This document shows positions 63,764-64,000 of a stretch of 64,000 bases of DNA, piece by piece. Source of the stretch: Candidatus Poribacteria bacterium (GTDB lineage: Bacteria; Poribacteria; WGA-4E; WGA-3G). Location of the stretch: contig OZ244048.1 in assembly GCA_965215265.1 (NCBI GenBank), positions 3,072,001-3,136,000 on the forward strand. Reading direction: 5' to 3'. The translations under genes were made by a program, and so were the position numbers. The notes beneath the pieces were generated by a model, which saw only the letters and a program-made list of their open reading frames with translations, had not been told where the DNA came from and did not search any database. Every line of letters starts with the position of its first letter. Within the stretch, counting starts at the first letter, position 1.

Positions 63764-64000
63764 ATGTTTTATCCAGCTTATATCTACCTTGAGCACCGAA
63801 AATGCCTTGTTGTCGGCGGCGGAAACGTTGCCGAACGAAAGGTTGTTTCATTACTTCTCAGCGGTGCACGGGTTACGTTACTGAGTCCGGAAGCAACCGT
63901 GCTTCTGAAGTTCCTCGCATCTATCGGCCAAATTGTCTGGTACAAACGGGGCTTGAAAACGGGTGATACATACGGTTACTTTCTGGTCTGTGCCGCGACG
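63764..64000 (+). CDS. Precorrin-2 dehydrogenase/ferrochelatase (SirC/CysG N-terminal), 3'-truncated
   Basis: Manual translation MFYPAYIYLEHRKCLVVGGGNVAERKV..LL..GARVTLLSP. Confidence 0.85.
   Translation, partial: MFYPAYIYLEHRKCLVVGGGNVAERKVVSLLLSGARVTLLSPEATVLLKFLASIGQIVWYKRGLKTGDTYGYFLVCAAT

Overview
A 64 kb bacterial chromosomal window. The gene content (PhyH dioxygenase, BNR/Ycf48 repeat protein, SelN-like gene) resembles the sponge symbiont Candidatus Poribacteria, which is an inference only. Positions 6.4-25.9 kb (minus strand) carry the str-S10-spc-alpha ribosomal protein superoperon (rpsL to rplQ). It lacks rpmD, adk, map and infA, has long structured spacers, and holds four copies of a 72-73 bp palindromic element. 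The rest contains nagA/folA/thyA/dut, four tRNAs, thrS, iscS, hemB/hemL/sirC, a decayed SNF2-SWIM helicase, an AT-rich island and two tandem Type III Mod methyltransferase genes, both frameshifted at a G9 tract. Main signals: (1) two ORFs at 40064-41692 join through an in-frame TGA into a Selenoprotein N-like protein (SCUG motif plus a bacterial SECIS-like hairpin). (2) A locus at 36.7-39.9 kb in which a shared 31-bp upstream motif precedes both a divergent infA-rsgA-GNAT operon and a small structured RNA/micro-ORF unit, next to a stand-alone sigma-70 region 4 protein. (3) S12, S5, S7 and IF1 carry substitutions at near-invariant decoding-centre or antibiotic-resistance positions. (4) A covarying hairpin repeat family ending in CCACTGGG. 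No database searches were run.
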